From: a virus
Taxonomy: Duplodnaviria > Caudoviricetes
Virus record (IMG/VR): IMGVR_UViG_3300016672_000186
Coordinates: 1-40,644 of that record
Reading direction: 5' to 3' (one strand)
Length of the DNA: 40,644 nt
This document shows, piece by piece, positions 8,119 through 18,550 of this stretch (position 1 is its first letter; each line of letters starts with the position of its first letter). The notes beneath the pieces were generated by a model. It saw only the letters and a program-made list of their open reading frames with translations, was not told the origin of the DNA and did no database searches. Made by a program: the position numbers and the translations under genes.

Positions 8119-11100
8119 GCGGACAGGTCCCCCCACTGATAGCGCTTGACGCCGTTTTCGTCGAACACCTTGCCGCCCCGGTTGTTGATCACTTGTCGAG
8201 CCTGCCCCTCAAAGGCGCCATTGATTTCAAACGTCCCGTCGAAGAACAATTTCCATCCAGACATGCCGGGAACATAGTTGTTGGACTGAATGTAGTCGCC
8301 GATCTTGGCGTTAGTGATCGTGCCGTCCTGGATAAACGCCGACGCCATAAACACCTGCCCGTTCTCAACCACAAACGGCGTAAATACCTGCCCGCCTGCC
8401 AGCGCGCCAACCACCGCAAAGCGATCCGCGCTGACCAAAAACTGGCTTTGCGTCACGCCCTCGGCATTGGTTTCGATGCCCAGCCCGATACCGGCTGTGA
8501 CCAGTTGCCCGTTGGCATTGACCTGCATCTTGACTGACCACATGGCCGCGGCCTTGCCTTCCAGATCGGCCTGGGCCTTGCTTACCACCTCGACAGCGGC
8601 AGAGGTTTCGCCCACCTGCGCTGACACCTGGCTGATTTTGCTCGCCAGCGCCGAGCTGGCATCCGCCGAGGCTTTGGCCACGTCGATAATGCTCGCCGCG
8701 TTCTCACCGACTTGGGCCTCAACCTTGTCGGTACGCACAGCCTGGGCAAAATCTCGCTCGGCTATCACCGACATCAGCGACTCTGCGCCAGCCGATGCAC
8801 GCTCATCCCCTGCACTGCCGTTTTCATCACCAGCAGAGCCGGAGTCGATATAGGCATACACGCCATCGACTTTCTCGGCCGTTGCCGTGACTTTCCCGTC
8901 GAGGGTTTCCACGGTGCTGGTGAGCGAACTCAAGCCGTTGGCAGTGGCCTCAAGTCCCGTAACCGGATCTGAAACCTTGGCGTTGATCGCGCTGAGCTGC
9001 TCGGCCTGCGCCGTGATCTTGCCGTCCTGCTCGATGATGCTCGCCGAGTTCTTCTGCACCTGCAGCACCAGGGCGTTGGTGGTTTCGGCCAGGGTGCCCA
9101 TGTCGAGCCAATACGTGGCATCCGGCGGTGGATGGCCGGTGGTGGCTGCGATCGCCTGAAATAGGCGATTGCCCAAACGCACGACTTCGCCCGATGCATA
9201 GGCCTTGGTGTTGTCGTACTCCAGCGCATCTGTGATTTCGTCGATCAGGCCTTCCAGTTCCTTTTTGGCCTGGTTGAGACGGTCATTCACAGAGCCTGAG
9301 CCGTCGCCATCAATCAGCTCGATCCGATCCAGCAATTCCTTGCCCAGCTCGGTTTCGCCAATCTGCCCTGCGATCAACTCCAGCACTGGCCCGGCCTCGG
9401 CGCTGGCCTGCCCCATCACCCCGCTTTTATCCGGGAAGAACGGCCCGATATTGCCGGTGCGATCCACCAGCCGCGCCCAGAAGAAAAACTGCGCGCCAGC
9501 TGCCAGGCTTTGCAGGCGGTGATCGTTCTGCGGATAGGCCAGATCCGACAGCTTGGTAGCGCTCTCCAGGCTATTGGATGGGCTGTACCAGATTTCGGTG
9601 TGCTGGGTGTCTTCTGCACCCGGTGGAAAACCCCACTTAAGGCCAATTTCGAAGAGCCTGCTGTGGGTCGTTAGATGAGTCACCGCCGGCGGCAACCCGA
9701 CCTTGCCGGCCAGCAACACTTCCATGCTGCTGCCCCATACCGAGGCCACACCCAGCGCGTTTACGGCGCTGACACGGGTAATGTAGCGCCCGCTGTAGAC
9801 GCCTTCGACTTCGGCACCCAGGGTGCCATTGGACGGCAATCTGATCCAGCTGCCGCTGTCTTTACGCCATTCGACGTTGTAGGAGACAGCACCCTTCGCT
9901 GCGTTCCAGCTGATGCGCATGGTGGTGACCGCCAGCCCTTGGGCAATGCTGCTGCGGGCTTCGATCTGGATATTTTCCGGAGGGCTCATCACACCAGGCG
10001 GGATGATACTGATCGGTGGCGGATCGATACGAGCGCCGTTGTCGATGGCGTCATATTTACCTGGCTCATGTTGCACCGCCTTGATTTCAAACTGGTGCAG
10101 GCCCTGGGGCTCGATGGTTTGCACTCGAAAGCGCATCACGGCCAGGTCAGCGCTTTCAACCGACCAGCTGCTTTCGGGCTGCGGCAGCTCTGAATAATCG
10201 GCCAGCAGCGTGACCTCGTCGCCAGCCACTGATTTGACGATCCGGCCTTCGGTTTTGCCGCTGGGCAGGTTGAGGATCAGCCGGTCTTCTGGCTGGATCT
10301 GCGCGGCAAGGTCGAGGGTTACTACCCGTTTGGTGGCTGCGCGAATCCGCCCGCCGCTGACCCGCCCGGAAAACAGTTCATCAGCAATGCAGATGATTTG
10401 CCCGGGCTCGACGTTGCGCCCTTCCATGCCGGTGGTAAAACCCACCGTCCAGCTCTCGTGCTGTTCGGTTTTCAGTAGCCACACGCCGTGGCGCATGGCC
10501 TGGCCCTGGGAGGTGCAGCCAAAGGCCGAGATATCTTTTTGACGGTGGCCAAGGATGCCGATCAGTTCTTCGTTGGTGACCGGTACCGGTTCGGTTTTGA
10601 AGTCGTTGGCCGGGTTGTCGTAGCTGACTTTGACCCGTGTGTGGCGGTCTGGCCAGGCCACGGCGCCGTACTCGAATTCGCCGATGATATTGGAGCGAGT
10701 GAACACGTAGCCGTCTTCGTTGCCCGGGATATCCGCCACCATTGTGACCATCGAGCCGTTCCAGCAACTGCTGCCACGAAACACGCTGGCCAGGTCGGAC
10801 AGCAGCGCGTAACCCTCGACCTGATCCTGAATGTAGACGTTGGTGGTCATGCGCGGCTCCAGCCCGCCCAAGCCATCCTTTACCATCACATCGCAATAGC
10901 GGCCGATCTCGTAGAGGGTCCACTTGTCGACCATATCCGGGGTAATGCGACGGCCCAGGCCATAGCGTCGGTGCAATAACAGGTCGTACCAGATCCAGGC
11001 CGGGTTGTTGGTGTAGGCCTGTTTAAAGGTGCCATCCCAGCTGCTGGTGTAGGCGCGGGTTTCGGGATCGTAGTTGCTCGGTACCCGAATGATGCGCCCG

Positions 11101-11894
11101 CGTGCGCGCAGGCTGAATTTGGGAATGTTCTGGAACTGCGAGGCGTCGAAGCGCAACGCGCCCAGCGCCAGATTTGGGTAGCGCAGTTTGGCGTCGATCA
11201 CTTCGGTCAGCGCCTTGATGCGCATGGTGTCGGCCCAGTTCACATCGTTGCGGTTGGCCGTCAGCCGCCGTACACGCACCAGCGCCGAGGTAAAGCCTTC
11301 GGGCAGGTCTACCCGGTGGCTGCGTTCGTACTCGGTGGTGCCTTTATCATTGAGCGTGGCATTGAGATAGGGCTGAAAACTGCCGCCATCCACTGACAGC
11401 TCGATGACGTAATCGATCCGGTAGCCCACTTGGTCGCCGTTGCTTTTCACTTCCCATATTTGCGGCCAGGCCAGACGGATACGCACCGCCGACAACTGCG
11501 GATCGGTGATGGCCCGCGTCCAGGGTGCGTCCGAGCGCAGTTCAACCGGGAAGCCCTGGGTGATCTCGTTTTCAATGGCCGGGAAGCCCGCGATATGGTC
11601 TTGATCGACAGTGCCCGGGCGAAAGTCCCAGCTCGCGCCGGGGAAGTTTTCTCCGCCGTCAGGCCCGCGCATTGGCGTGCCGTCGAGTTTGACCGATTCC
11701 AGGCCATTGACCGGGCCGACGATTGGCCCTTCGCTCAGGAAGTACAGCAGGTTGGCATGGGAGATAGACAGCGCGCTGTCGGGGGCTTTATAGGGCTGGC
11801 GTGGCTTGCTCTGGCCACCTTTGGCACCTGATACGCGGACAGGCGGATGCAGGCGCTTGCGCTTTGCAGTGCGCACCACGGAGGTTTTGCTCAT
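8115..11894 (-). CDS. J: Host specificity / central tail tip protein J
   Basis: 1259 aa; GAKGG, LSEGPIVG, YTNNPAWIWYDLL, FN3-like region, coiled coil, DUF1983-like C-terminus. Confidence 0.92.
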   Translation of the reverse strand: MSKTSVVRTAKRKRLHPPVRVSGAKGGQSKPRQPYKAPDSALSISHANLLYFLSEGPIVGPVNGLESVKLDGTPMRGPDGGENFPGASWDFRPGTVDQDHIAGFPAIENEITQGFPVELRSDAPWTRAITDPQLSAVRIRLAWPQIWEVKSNGDQVGYRIDYVIELSVDGGSFQPYLNATLNDKGTTEYERSHRVDLPEGFTSALVRVRRLTANRNDVNWADTMRIKALTEVIDAKLRYPNLALGALRFDASQFQNIPKFSLRARGRIIRVPSNYDPETRAYTSSWDGTFKQAYTNNPAWIWYDLLLHRRYGLGRRITPDMVDKWTLYEIGRYCDVMVKDGLGGLEPRMTTNVYIQDQVEGYALLSDLASVFRGSSCWNGSMVTMVADIPGNEDGYVFTRSNIIGEFEYGAVAWPDRHTRVKVSYDNPANDFKTEPVPVTNEELIGILGHRQKDISAFGCTSQGQAMRHGVWLLKTEQHESWTVGFTTGMEGRNVEPGQIICIADELFSGRVSGGRIRAATKRVVTLDLAAQIQPEDRLILNLPSGKTEGRIVKSVAGDEVTLLADYSELPQPESSWSVESADLAVMRFRVQTIEPQGLHQFEIKAVQHEPGKYDAIDNGARIDPPPISIIPPGVMSPPENIQIEARSSIAQGLAVTTMRISWNAAKGAVSYNVEWRKDSGSWIRLPSNGTLGAEVEGVYSGRYITRVSAVNALGVASVWGSSMEVLLAGKVGLPPAVTHLTTHSRLFEIGLKWGFPPGAEDTQHTEIWYSPSNSLESATKLSDLAYPQNDHRLQSLAAGAQFFFWARLVDRTGNIGPFFPDKSGVMGQASAEAGPVLELIAGQIGETELGKELLDRIELIDGDGSGSVNDRLNQAKKELEGLIDEITDALEYDNTKAYASGEVVRLGNRLFQAIAATTGHPPPDATYWLDMGTLAETTNALVLQVQKNSASIIEQDGKITAQAEQLSAINAKVSDPVTGLEATANGLSSLTSTVETLDGKVTATAEKVDGVYAYIDSGSAGDENGSAGDERASAGAESLMSVIAERDFAQAVRTDKVEAQVGENAASIIDVAKASADASSALASKISQVSAQVGETSAAVEVVSKAQADLEGKAAAMWSVKMQVNANGQLVTAGIGLGIETNAEGVTQSQFLVSADRFAVVGALAGGQVFTPFVVENGQVFMASAFIQDGTITNAKIGDYIQSNNYVPGMSGWKLFFDGTFEINGAFEGQARQVINNRGGKVFDENGVKRYQWGDLSA

Positions 11895-11903
11895 GTCATG
11901 TCC

Positions 11904-12497
11904 CTACAGTTGATCTTCCGCGTAAATGCCGGCAGAGCCTAAAGCCCCGCCAATGTCGCGCTCGCCATACAACAACGGTTTGCAGCGGCCTTGCGCAGTG
12001 GTGGTAACGGCTGAGCCGAAGGCGTAGCTGGCTTTGTTGCCAGAGTCTTCTTGGCCCAGCAGACCTGCGGGCGACGGTGAAAGCATCGCCGCCACCCCGC
12101 CAATGGCCATACCGGCGCCAGCGGCTGCCAGGTAGTACTGCTGAGTAATCACGCCGATCACAATCAGCGCGATGCCGGCGATGGTCTGGAACAGGCCCGC
12201 CTTGCGCCCCATCACAATGGGAGCAATGCGGATCGGTTCGGGACGGCCTGAGCGCATGTCCATTTCGTCCGCCGACAGGTTCTGCTTGCCCCGGAACACA
12301 GCAAAGGTCAGGCCGCGCTCTTCCGACAGGCGCAGAAAGCGTTTGAAGCCGGGTATCGATACGCACAAGGCATGGATCGCCTCGGCGCAGGAGTGCACCG
12401 CCAGCCGATGCTCACGGCCGAAGCGCGCACCCAGCACGCCGTACAGCATGATCCGCACCACCAGCGGCTGGGCAGTGATTACCGTTCGAGCGGCCAT
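11904..12497 (-). CDS. I: Tail assembly protein I
   Basis: LYGVLGARFG...AEAIHAL...PLLYGE pattern; between K and J. Confidence 0.88.
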   Translation of the reverse strand: MAARTVITAQPLVVRIMLYGVLGARFGREHRLAVHSCAEAIHALCVSIPGFKRFLRLSEERGLTFAVFRGKQNLSADEMDMRSGRPEPIRIAPIVMGRKAGLFQTIAGIALIVIGVITQQYYLAAAGAGMAIGGVAAMLSPSPAGLLGQEDSGNKASYAFGSAVTTTAQGRCKPLLYGERDIGGALGSAGIYAEDQL

Positions 12498-13249
12498 CAG
12501 CTTTCCTCCGGCATTTTTTGGTGCCGCAAGATCAACACGGTGTAGTCGGCCCACATGCCGCCGTATACGTCGCGGCTGGATTTCTTGTTGTAGCGGTGGT
12601 GCAGAAAGGTACGCGGCGCCGGGTGCAGGTCGGGCACGCTGGCCAACAGGCCGTCACCCAGATAGATCCCGGCATGGTTGGGCGCATTGGCATTGATCTG
12701 CATCAGGATCATGTCGCCCTTGCGCAGGTCGGCCACCGGATAGAACCCGGCCTCTTCGTAGTATTTCTCGTAGAGGCTTTCACCGTTTTTCCACCACTCA
12801 TCGCGGCGCGGGTAGTTGGGCAGTTCAATGCCGTACTCGCGGCTGTAGTAGTCGCGGCACAGGGCATAGCAATCCAGCAGGCCGTGGCCGTAATCCCGGC
12901 CAAGCAACGGAGCCTGATAGCCACAGGGCTTAAATTCGAATAACTCGCCCGAGGGCCAGCTGATAATTGCCCAGGGCTTTTCGTGCAGTTCGCAGCTGAC
13001 GCGATCGGCCATGCTCGGTTGCGCTGGGGTGTCCGGGTGGCTGTGGACGATTACGCGAATGGCGCCACGGTCTTCAGCGTCGGCCAGGTCTTCAGGGTTG
13101 ATGATGAAGTGTTCACTGGGGGTGCTGGCATCGTTGCGGCAAGCCACGTATTTCTGGCGCCCGCCCTCGGCAATCACGACGCCGCAGCATTCCCTGGGGA
13201 ACTCGGCAGCGGCGTGGGCCTGGATCTGTTTGATCAGGGTTTTATTCAT
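12497..13249 (-). CDS. K: Tail assembly protein K (JAB/MPN + NlpC/P60)
   Basis: PRECCG, VHSHPD...S..D, DCYAL, NHAGIYLG. Confidence 0.92.
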   Translation of the reverse strand: MNKTLIKQIQAHAAAEFPRECCGVVIAEGGRQKYVACRNDASTPSEHFIINPEDLADAEDRGAIRVIVHSHPDTPAQPSMADRVSCELHEKPWAIISWPSGELFEFKPCGYQAPLLGRDYGHGLLDCYALCRDYYSREYGIELPNYPRRDEWWKNGESLYEKYYEEAGFYPVADLRKGDMILMQINANAPNHAGIYLGDGLLASVPDLHPAPRTFLHHRYNKKSSRDVYGGMWADYTVLILRHQKMPEES

Positions 13250-13252
13250 AAT

Positions 13253-13939
13253 TTACTCGCCCAAGGAAGTCGCCGGGGTGCCGCCAAACGGCAGCGGGTT
13301 GCCTTTGCCGAGGCGTATTTCGCAATCGCTGACCCTTCCACCGCAGCGGTCGAGCGCAGGGTCTGATACCGGGTTGCCGTCCAGATCGAACATCCGCACG
13401 CCGGTGTAGTTGCAGTCCTCTCCCCGGTACTCGCCCCACAAGCACCATTCACAGCGGCTCATCAGTTGCCCGCCGGGCAGCAACTGGCCCTTGATCGCGG
13501 TGGGCGATGCGCACTCGAAGGTCACCTCTTCCCGGCTCAGGCTCAGCGCCTGATTGATATACGAGATGTTCAGGCGTTCCATCGGGCTAGCTTCGGGGTT
13601 GCCGCCGGGGAAGTTCGCGGCGTCCAGGTACTTGGCGTAGGTTTCCCGCACCGTCAGGCGTACGCCGCTGAGCTGGTGGAAGTTCAGGCACAGCGCCGTA
13701 ATCACGCCATCGAGATTGCCCAGCTTGAGCATGGGGGTTGAGGTGTTGCCCTCCATGCCCCGGCCAAAGCCACTGACTTCAAACGGACGCGGCTCGTAGC
13801 GCTCGCCCTTCCAGATGATTGGGCCGGATTGTTGGTGCGCGTGATAGCGCAAGGTGCCCATGCCCCGTGACTCGCCGTCCAGCTCCACCAGCTGGATCAG
13901 TGAGCCCGGTTCAAGTGTCTGGTCGTCTGCGGTGATCAT
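13253..13939 (-). CDS. L: Minor tail protein L
   Basis: TYAKYLDAANF; C-terminal Cys cluster CEW..YRGEDC..DRCG...C; LPFGG. Confidence 0.92.
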   Translation of the reverse strand: MITADDQTLEPGSLIQLVELDGESRGMGTLRYHAHQQSGPIIWKGERYEPRPFEVSGFGRGMEGNTSTPMLKLGNLDGVITALCLNFHQLSGVRLTVRETYAKYLDAANFPGGNPEASPMERLNISYINQALSLSREEVTFECASPTAIKGQLLPGGQLMSRCEWCLWGEYRGEDCNYTGVRMFDLDGNPVSDPALDRCGGRVSDCEIRLGKGNPLPFGGTPATSLGE

Positions 13940-13946
13940 GGTGACC

Positions 13947-14285
13947 TCAAGGGTTGAAGACTTGCTGAAAGGTGGTGCTCAGGGTGTATTTTTTGTTGCC
14001 CAGGGTTTGCAGCTGCCAGCCGCCGGCCGTGATGAAGGCGCCCTGTTGCTCCAGCGGCGGCGTCCACATAAAGTGCTGGGTGCCTTTGTGCCGTTTAAAG
14101 AAGTCGCGTATCGGGGTGATATAGGCCGCGTTGCCGGTGAAGGACACCGCCCAACTGCCTGCGATGTTGTTGATGCCCACCGACAGGCGCTGGCTGTAGC
14201 CGTTGTTGTATTGCGAGGTCAGCACGTTGGGTTGGTCGTCGCCCGCAGACCCCACCCGGGGTGACCAGGTAAATAATTCAGCCAT
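13947..14285 (-). CDS. M: Minor tail protein M (distal tail)
   Basis: GYSQRLSVGINN, FFKRHKG..FMWTPP, TFQQVF. Confidence 0.9.
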   Translation of the reverse strand: MAELFTWSPRVGSAGDDQPNVLTSQYNNGYSQRLSVGINNIAGSWAVSFTGNAAYITPIRDFFKRHKGTQHFMWTPPLEQQGAFITAGGWQLQTLGNKKYTLSTTFQQVFNP

Positions 14286-17200
14286 TAGCCTCTCCGGTTA
14301 TTGGGATCGAGCAGGCCGTTTTGGCCCTTTTCCTTGATGATCACGGCGCGGGCGACCTTGGGCATTTCGGCGCGGGCGGTGTCGAGCAAGGCACGGCCCA
14401 TCGCTTCGTAGCCTTCAGTGGCGGTGACTGAGCCGCCGGAACCGTCGCTCTGGATATGCAGGTGGATTTGCGGCGCCGCTGACGGGCTGGCTGTCGCAGA
14501 TGACTGGCCAAGCCCCGGTACCGAGAAGTTGTTAGCCCTGCCGACATAACCGCCATCGGCATAGCCCCGCTGGTTGAGCTGATCCAGGTACGAGCGCATA
14601 CCGGGCTGTTCGACCACTTCCTTGCGCAACACAAATTCACCGCCGTGTACCACGCCCTTGGGCTCGTACTTGCCGCCGTTGCCGGTGTAGCCGCCCTCGG
14701 AGAAGCCGGTGACCGCCGTGGCGGCGATCATGCCTACCGAGGCGTAACCCAGGCCGCGAATCAGCGATGCAGCCGGTATGCCCATGATCGGCCCCAGCTC
14801 CAGGGCTTTGGCCGCTGCCACTTCGGTGCTGACCATTGCCTGAGCAATCGCAGCTGCCTTGCTGGCCAGAAACAGCACCTTGTAGGCCGTGGAGCCCTCC
14901 CCGGCCATTTGTTTCATCATGTCGGCGGCGTTGCTGGTCAGATCGGCAAACACCGCAATGGAACCGAGTTTGTAAGCGTCCTGGATCGACTCGAGCTTTT
15001 TGTTGTTCTCTTCGTTGATCTCGACCTTGCGGTCCAGGTACTGCTGTTCGCTGATCAGCTTCTGGTCGAAAAGCTCTTGTTGGCGCTGCAGTTCTTTTTC
15101 GTGCCACTTGGCCAGGGCTTTGTCAGCTTCTGCAGCCTTGATCAGCTCACCACCCGGCCCACCAACAGAAGCGTCCAGGCCGGTGAAAGTCGGAGAGGTG
15201 TTTTTTCCGACCGAGGCTTTGGAGATGGCATCAGCACCATCCCGGTACTGATCCGAGGTCAAACCGCCCTGGGCCTTGAGCTTGGCCAACTCGGCAAAGC
15301 GCTTGCGGGTGGTGGCCAGCAGGCTGTCTTCCTGACGCTGAACATCGCTCATCAGGTCTTTGTAGGACTTCTGGGTATTGAGGTTGTCCAGCGCGATGGC
15401 AGCGCGTTGCAGGTCGACCTTTTTGGCCGCATCCAGCTTGCTCAGGGTGCCTTTTGTGATCTCAAACTCGATCTTGGCCAGCTCGGTTTTGGTCGCATGA
15501 ACGTCAGCCTGTTCGTTCAGCGTGCGCAGGGTGCGGCTGTAGTTATCGTCAAGCTGTTTGGCTTGCCGGGCAGCATCGTCTGCGGCCTGTTTGGCCTTGC
15601 GTGCAGCTTCTTCCTGAGACTTTTTCGCCTGTTCGCTGGCATCAGCCACTTTGGCCGCTGCCTGGGCCTGACTCAGTAGCGCCAGCCCTTCCGGGGTTTG
15701 TGCCAGCCCCTGCTTGGCGCCCAACCGGTTGATTTCGCCCAGTTCGGTGGGGTCTTTCAGTTTCTCGGTCTTTTCCTTGAGAGCATCTATGCGTTTCATC
15801 CACGCATCGGTGGTGGCGGCATCGGGCGGTTTGATCTTGCTCAAGCCCGCGCCAAGACCTTCGGCGGCGCCCTGGGCATTATTCATTACCAGGGTCAGCG
15901 CCGACATTTGCGTGCCAGCGGCGTAGATCTTGTCGATATTGGTCTGGTACTCACCTGCCAACGCTTGCAGTTTGCTGGTCAGCTCGGTGGTGGGTTTGAT
16001 GTTCTGGACAAGGCTCTGTGTGGCCGAATCAATATCGACCCCGCCCTGAATGCCCCGGCGAAAATTGCCCGATGCGGCTGCCCGTTGATACTGGTTGGCC
16101 TGGAAGTTTTTACCGCCCGAGTAGTTGCCTGTGGGGCCCTGGGCAATGGCTTGCATGTCCTTGAGGATTTCCGCTGCGCGCTTTTTAGCCTCGGCCTGCT
16201 CCTGGGTCAGTTTCTCAAGGATGGGGCGCCGTTGTGCGGCGCCGAGCGCTTCCCATTCCTTGCGCAGTTCCTCGATCGGGCGTTTCAGGTCGACAGCGGC
16301 ATCACCGGCTTTTTCCGCATTGTCACGAAACAGCAAAAAGCTCGCGGCCACGGTGCCGGCCACCATCGCCAACCCGGCGGGGCCGCCCAATATGCCCAAC
16401 AGCCCACGGCCAGCACGGCCCACCATCGCAGTGGCCGCATTGTTCGCGGCCTGTGCCTGTGTCTGCGCCATTGTTGCTTGCTGATCGGCCAGACGCGCCA
16501 GGCGTAAACGACCCAGCGCAGCGGTATGAGCATCGGTGAAGCGGGTCGCGGTGACTTCCGCCTCGGCGGCAAACACGTTGGCCGCTGTTCGCCGTGCCGC
16601 AGCGGTTGCAACGTCCAGTTGTGCCCGGGCCTGGCCGATAGCGGCAGCGTTGGTCGCCCGCCAGGCACCGGCCTGCGCCAGCAGCATTTTTGAAAGCTGC
16701 CCAACCTTCAACCCCGCGTATGCAGCACCCAGCGTCATCACCGTGGCTGACAGGCCGTCCATATTGTCAGCGACAAACACGATCGCCTCCGACAACGCCC
16801 GGGTACTGCCGGTAGAGCTGTCGGCACCGCCCACCCATGCCTGAAAAGCGTTATTGAGTACCTGCATCGAGCCGCTGACGGTCGGCGGCAACTGTTTGTA
16901 CTCTTCGCGCAGCTTGCCCAGTTGCCCGATCAGTGCCGAAACTAGTTTGTCAGTGGTCAACAAGCCGCCATCGGCCATCGCTTTAAGCGCGCCAGTGGTG
17001 ACGCCCATGCCATCTGCCAGCGCCACCATTGCACGGCCACCACTTTGGCTGACGCTGTTGAAGTCCTGCCCGCGTAGCACGCCCTTGGCGAGTGCCTGGC
17101 TGAGCTGGGTGGTGACCGAGGTGACTTCTTCGGCACTGGAGCCCGACAGTTGAAAGCTGGTGGCCAGCGCCTCGGTAAATTGCACCGACTCTTTGGTGGA

Positions 17201-17641
17201 GTAGCCGTATTCCTTCAGTGACCGGGAGGAACGGGTAAACAGGTTGGCGTTGTCCGCAAATGAGGTGGTGGTGCGCTGGCTGATGTCGAAAAGTGACTTC
17301 TGGGCAAACTGAAACTCTTCAGTGCTCGATGTCGCCAGCTTCAGGCGCGCATTGATCGAGTTCCAGGCGTCGGCTTGACGCACCAGATTGCCAACTGCCA
17401 AAGCCCCCACCATGACAGAGGCGTAATTGCTCACCGAGCGGGTGAGTGATGACACCGCCGAATTTTGCGCAGCTATGGCAGCCTGCTGCGAGCGCCAGCC
17501 ATCTGCTACCTGCCGGTTTCCGCTGGTGATGGTTCGGAAATAGCTCTGACCCATACGCCCGGCGCGGGCCATTTCGCGCTGGTAAGCGCCGGTTTCCGCA
17601 GAGACGCTGACAATCAGCTTGCGAAGGGTTTGGCCTGCCAT
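14285..17641 (-). CDS. Tail tape measure protein
   Basis: 1118 aa, Ala-rich and helical; QLSQALAKGVLRGQDFNSV tape-measure motif; GGYTG..GKYEP.GVVH..EFV. Confidence 0.93.
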   Translation of the reverse strand: MAGQTLRKLIVSVSAETGAYQREMARAGRMGQSYFRTITSGNRQVADGWRSQQAAIAAQNSAVSSLTRSVSNYASVMVGALAVGNLVRQADAWNSINARLKLATSSTEEFQFAQKSLFDISQRTTTSFADNANLFTRSSRSLKEYGYSTKESVQFTEALATSFQLSGSSAEEVTSVTTQLSQALAKGVLRGQDFNSVSQSGGRAMVALADGMGVTTGALKAMADGGLLTTDKLVSALIGQLGKLREEYKQLPPTVSGSMQVLNNAFQAWVGGADSSTGSTRALSEAIVFVADNMDGLSATVMTLGAAYAGLKVGQLSKMLLAQAGAWRATNAAAIGQARAQLDVATAAARRTAANVFAAEAEVTATRFTDAHTAALGRLRLARLADQQATMAQTQAQAANNAATAMVGRAGRGLLGILGGPAGLAMVAGTVAASFLLFRDNAEKAGDAAVDLKRPIEELRKEWEALGAAQRRPILEKLTQEQAEAKKRAAEILKDMQAIAQGPTGNYSGGKNFQANQYQRAAASGNFRRGIQGGVDIDSATQSLVQNIKPTTELTSKLQALAGEYQTNIDKIYAAGTQMSALTLVMNNAQGAAEGLGAGLSKIKPPDAATTDAWMKRIDALKEKTEKLKDPTELGEINRLGAKQGLAQTPEGLALLSQAQAAAKVADASEQAKKSQEEAARKAKQAADDAARQAKQLDDNYSRTLRTLNEQADVHATKTELAKIEFEITKGTLSKLDAAKKVDLQRAAIALDNLNTQKSYKDLMSDVQRQEDSLLATTRKRFAELAKLKAQGGLTSDQYRDGADAISKASVGKNTSPTFTGLDASVGGPGGELIKAAEADKALAKWHEKELQRQQELFDQKLISEQQYLDRKVEINEENNKKLESIQDAYKLGSIAVFADLTSNAADMMKQMAGEGSTAYKVLFLASKAAAIAQAMVSTEVAAAKALELGPIMGIPAASLIRGLGYASVGMIAATAVTGFSEGGYTGNGGKYEPKGVVHGGEFVLRKEVVEQPGMRSYLDQLNQRGYADGGYVGRANNFSVPGLGQSSATASPSAAPQIHLHIQSDGSGGSVTATEGYEAMGRALLDTARAEMPKVARAVIIKEKGQNGLLDPNNRRG

Positions 17642-17658
17642 GCTTTTCTCCGGGAATT

Positions 17659-17680
17659 AAAAAACCCGCCGGAGCGGGTT
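17659..17680 (-). terminator. Terminator of the tail moron
   Basis: AACCCGC-TCCG-GCGGGTT stem plus T-tract directly at the moron stop. Confidence 0.75.
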
Positions 17681-18149
17681 AGTTTGTTTTGCGGTCACTC
17701 AAAATATTGCCATCCGGCCCAACGTAGAACTGGTAGCCGTTTTCACAGTTGGCGAAGACCACAATATGGTTTGGCGGGGTGCTTTGCTTTTCGGCCAAAC
17801 CGACTACATACACGGCATCACAGCGTTTTTGCCGGGACACTTTGTCTAAAGCGACCCGTTCCTGCGCTTCGATACGCTTAATCCCCTCTTCGCCCCAGTT
17901 TTCATAAAAGCGCGGGTATTGATCGATGCTGTACTGACTCAACGCAGCCTCATTCAATACCACGCTGCCAGGGTCACGCTCTGGATTGGACCAGTAGAAG
18001 CCCCACCAGATCAGCACAATGATCGCTAAACCGGCGAACACGATGCCTCGCAGCTTCGATTCCTGATTTTTCTTTTTGGCCAACCGCCGACAAATCACGA
18101 TCACACCGACCAAAATAACGGCTGATGCTATTAACAGTTTTACCAACAT
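17679..18149 (-). CDS. Moron: two-TM membrane protein with a C-terminal soluble domain
   Basis: Two hydrophobic helices around a basic loop; lower GC; own RBS, extended -10 (TGTTACAGT 18187-18179) and terminator. Confidence 0.7.
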   Translation of the reverse strand: MLVKLLIASAVILVGVIVICRRLAKKKNQESKLRGIVFAGLAIIVLIWWGFYWSNPERDPGSVVLNEAALSQYSIDQYPRFYENWGEEGIKRIEAQERVALDKVSRQKRCDAVYVVGLAEKQSTPPNHIVVFANCENGYQFYVGPDGNILSDRKTN

Positions 18150-18211
18150 GGGGGGCCTTCCTTTGACAAAAAGGGTCAACTGTAACAGCTGATTCAGAAA
18201 CCCCAACCTTC

Positions 18212-18550
18212 TCAGGCATCACTCATACCCTGCAGGTATGCCCTGAAAGACGCCTCCCCTTCAGCCGCTTCCAGCTCTTCATCCACCGGCAGCACTTTTT
18301 CCGGTGTCCACTGCGGCATCATGTCGGAGGTGGTCACTTTGGCGCCCTGGGCCTGGAGCGTGGATGCCGCAATGATCGATGCCTGAATATCCCCGCGAAT
18401 ATCGCCAATCGGTGACTGCCTGTCGTAAGCCATCCACAGCATCAGCTCTTCTGCGCTCATTTGTTCGCGCAGGTCGTGCAAGGTCATGCCCAGGCGGAGG
18501 GCCAGCGCCAGCATAAAAGCCAGCACCGGTTCCGCCGTCAGGCGTTTCCC
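18212..18550 (-). CDS. Tail assembly chaperone T part (DUF4035-like), expressed as a G-T fusion by -1 frameshift
   Basis: The -1 frame is open from the slippery site: GKRLTAEPVLAFMLALALRLG...SPIGDIRGD. Confidence 0.85.
   Translation of the reverse strand, partial: GKRLTAEPVLAFMLALALRLGMTLHDLREQMSAEELMLWMAYDRQSPIGDIRGDIQASIIAASTLQAQGAKVTTSDMMPQWTPEKVLPVDEELEAAEGEASFRAYLQGMSDA

Noticed and set aside
14645-16507. Long plus-strand ORFs (344 and 269 aa) opposite the tape measure gene, and similar ones opposite capsid, portal, terminase and dnaB
   Set aside because: Antisense shadow ORFs typical of GC-rich coding DNA; no recognisable motifs
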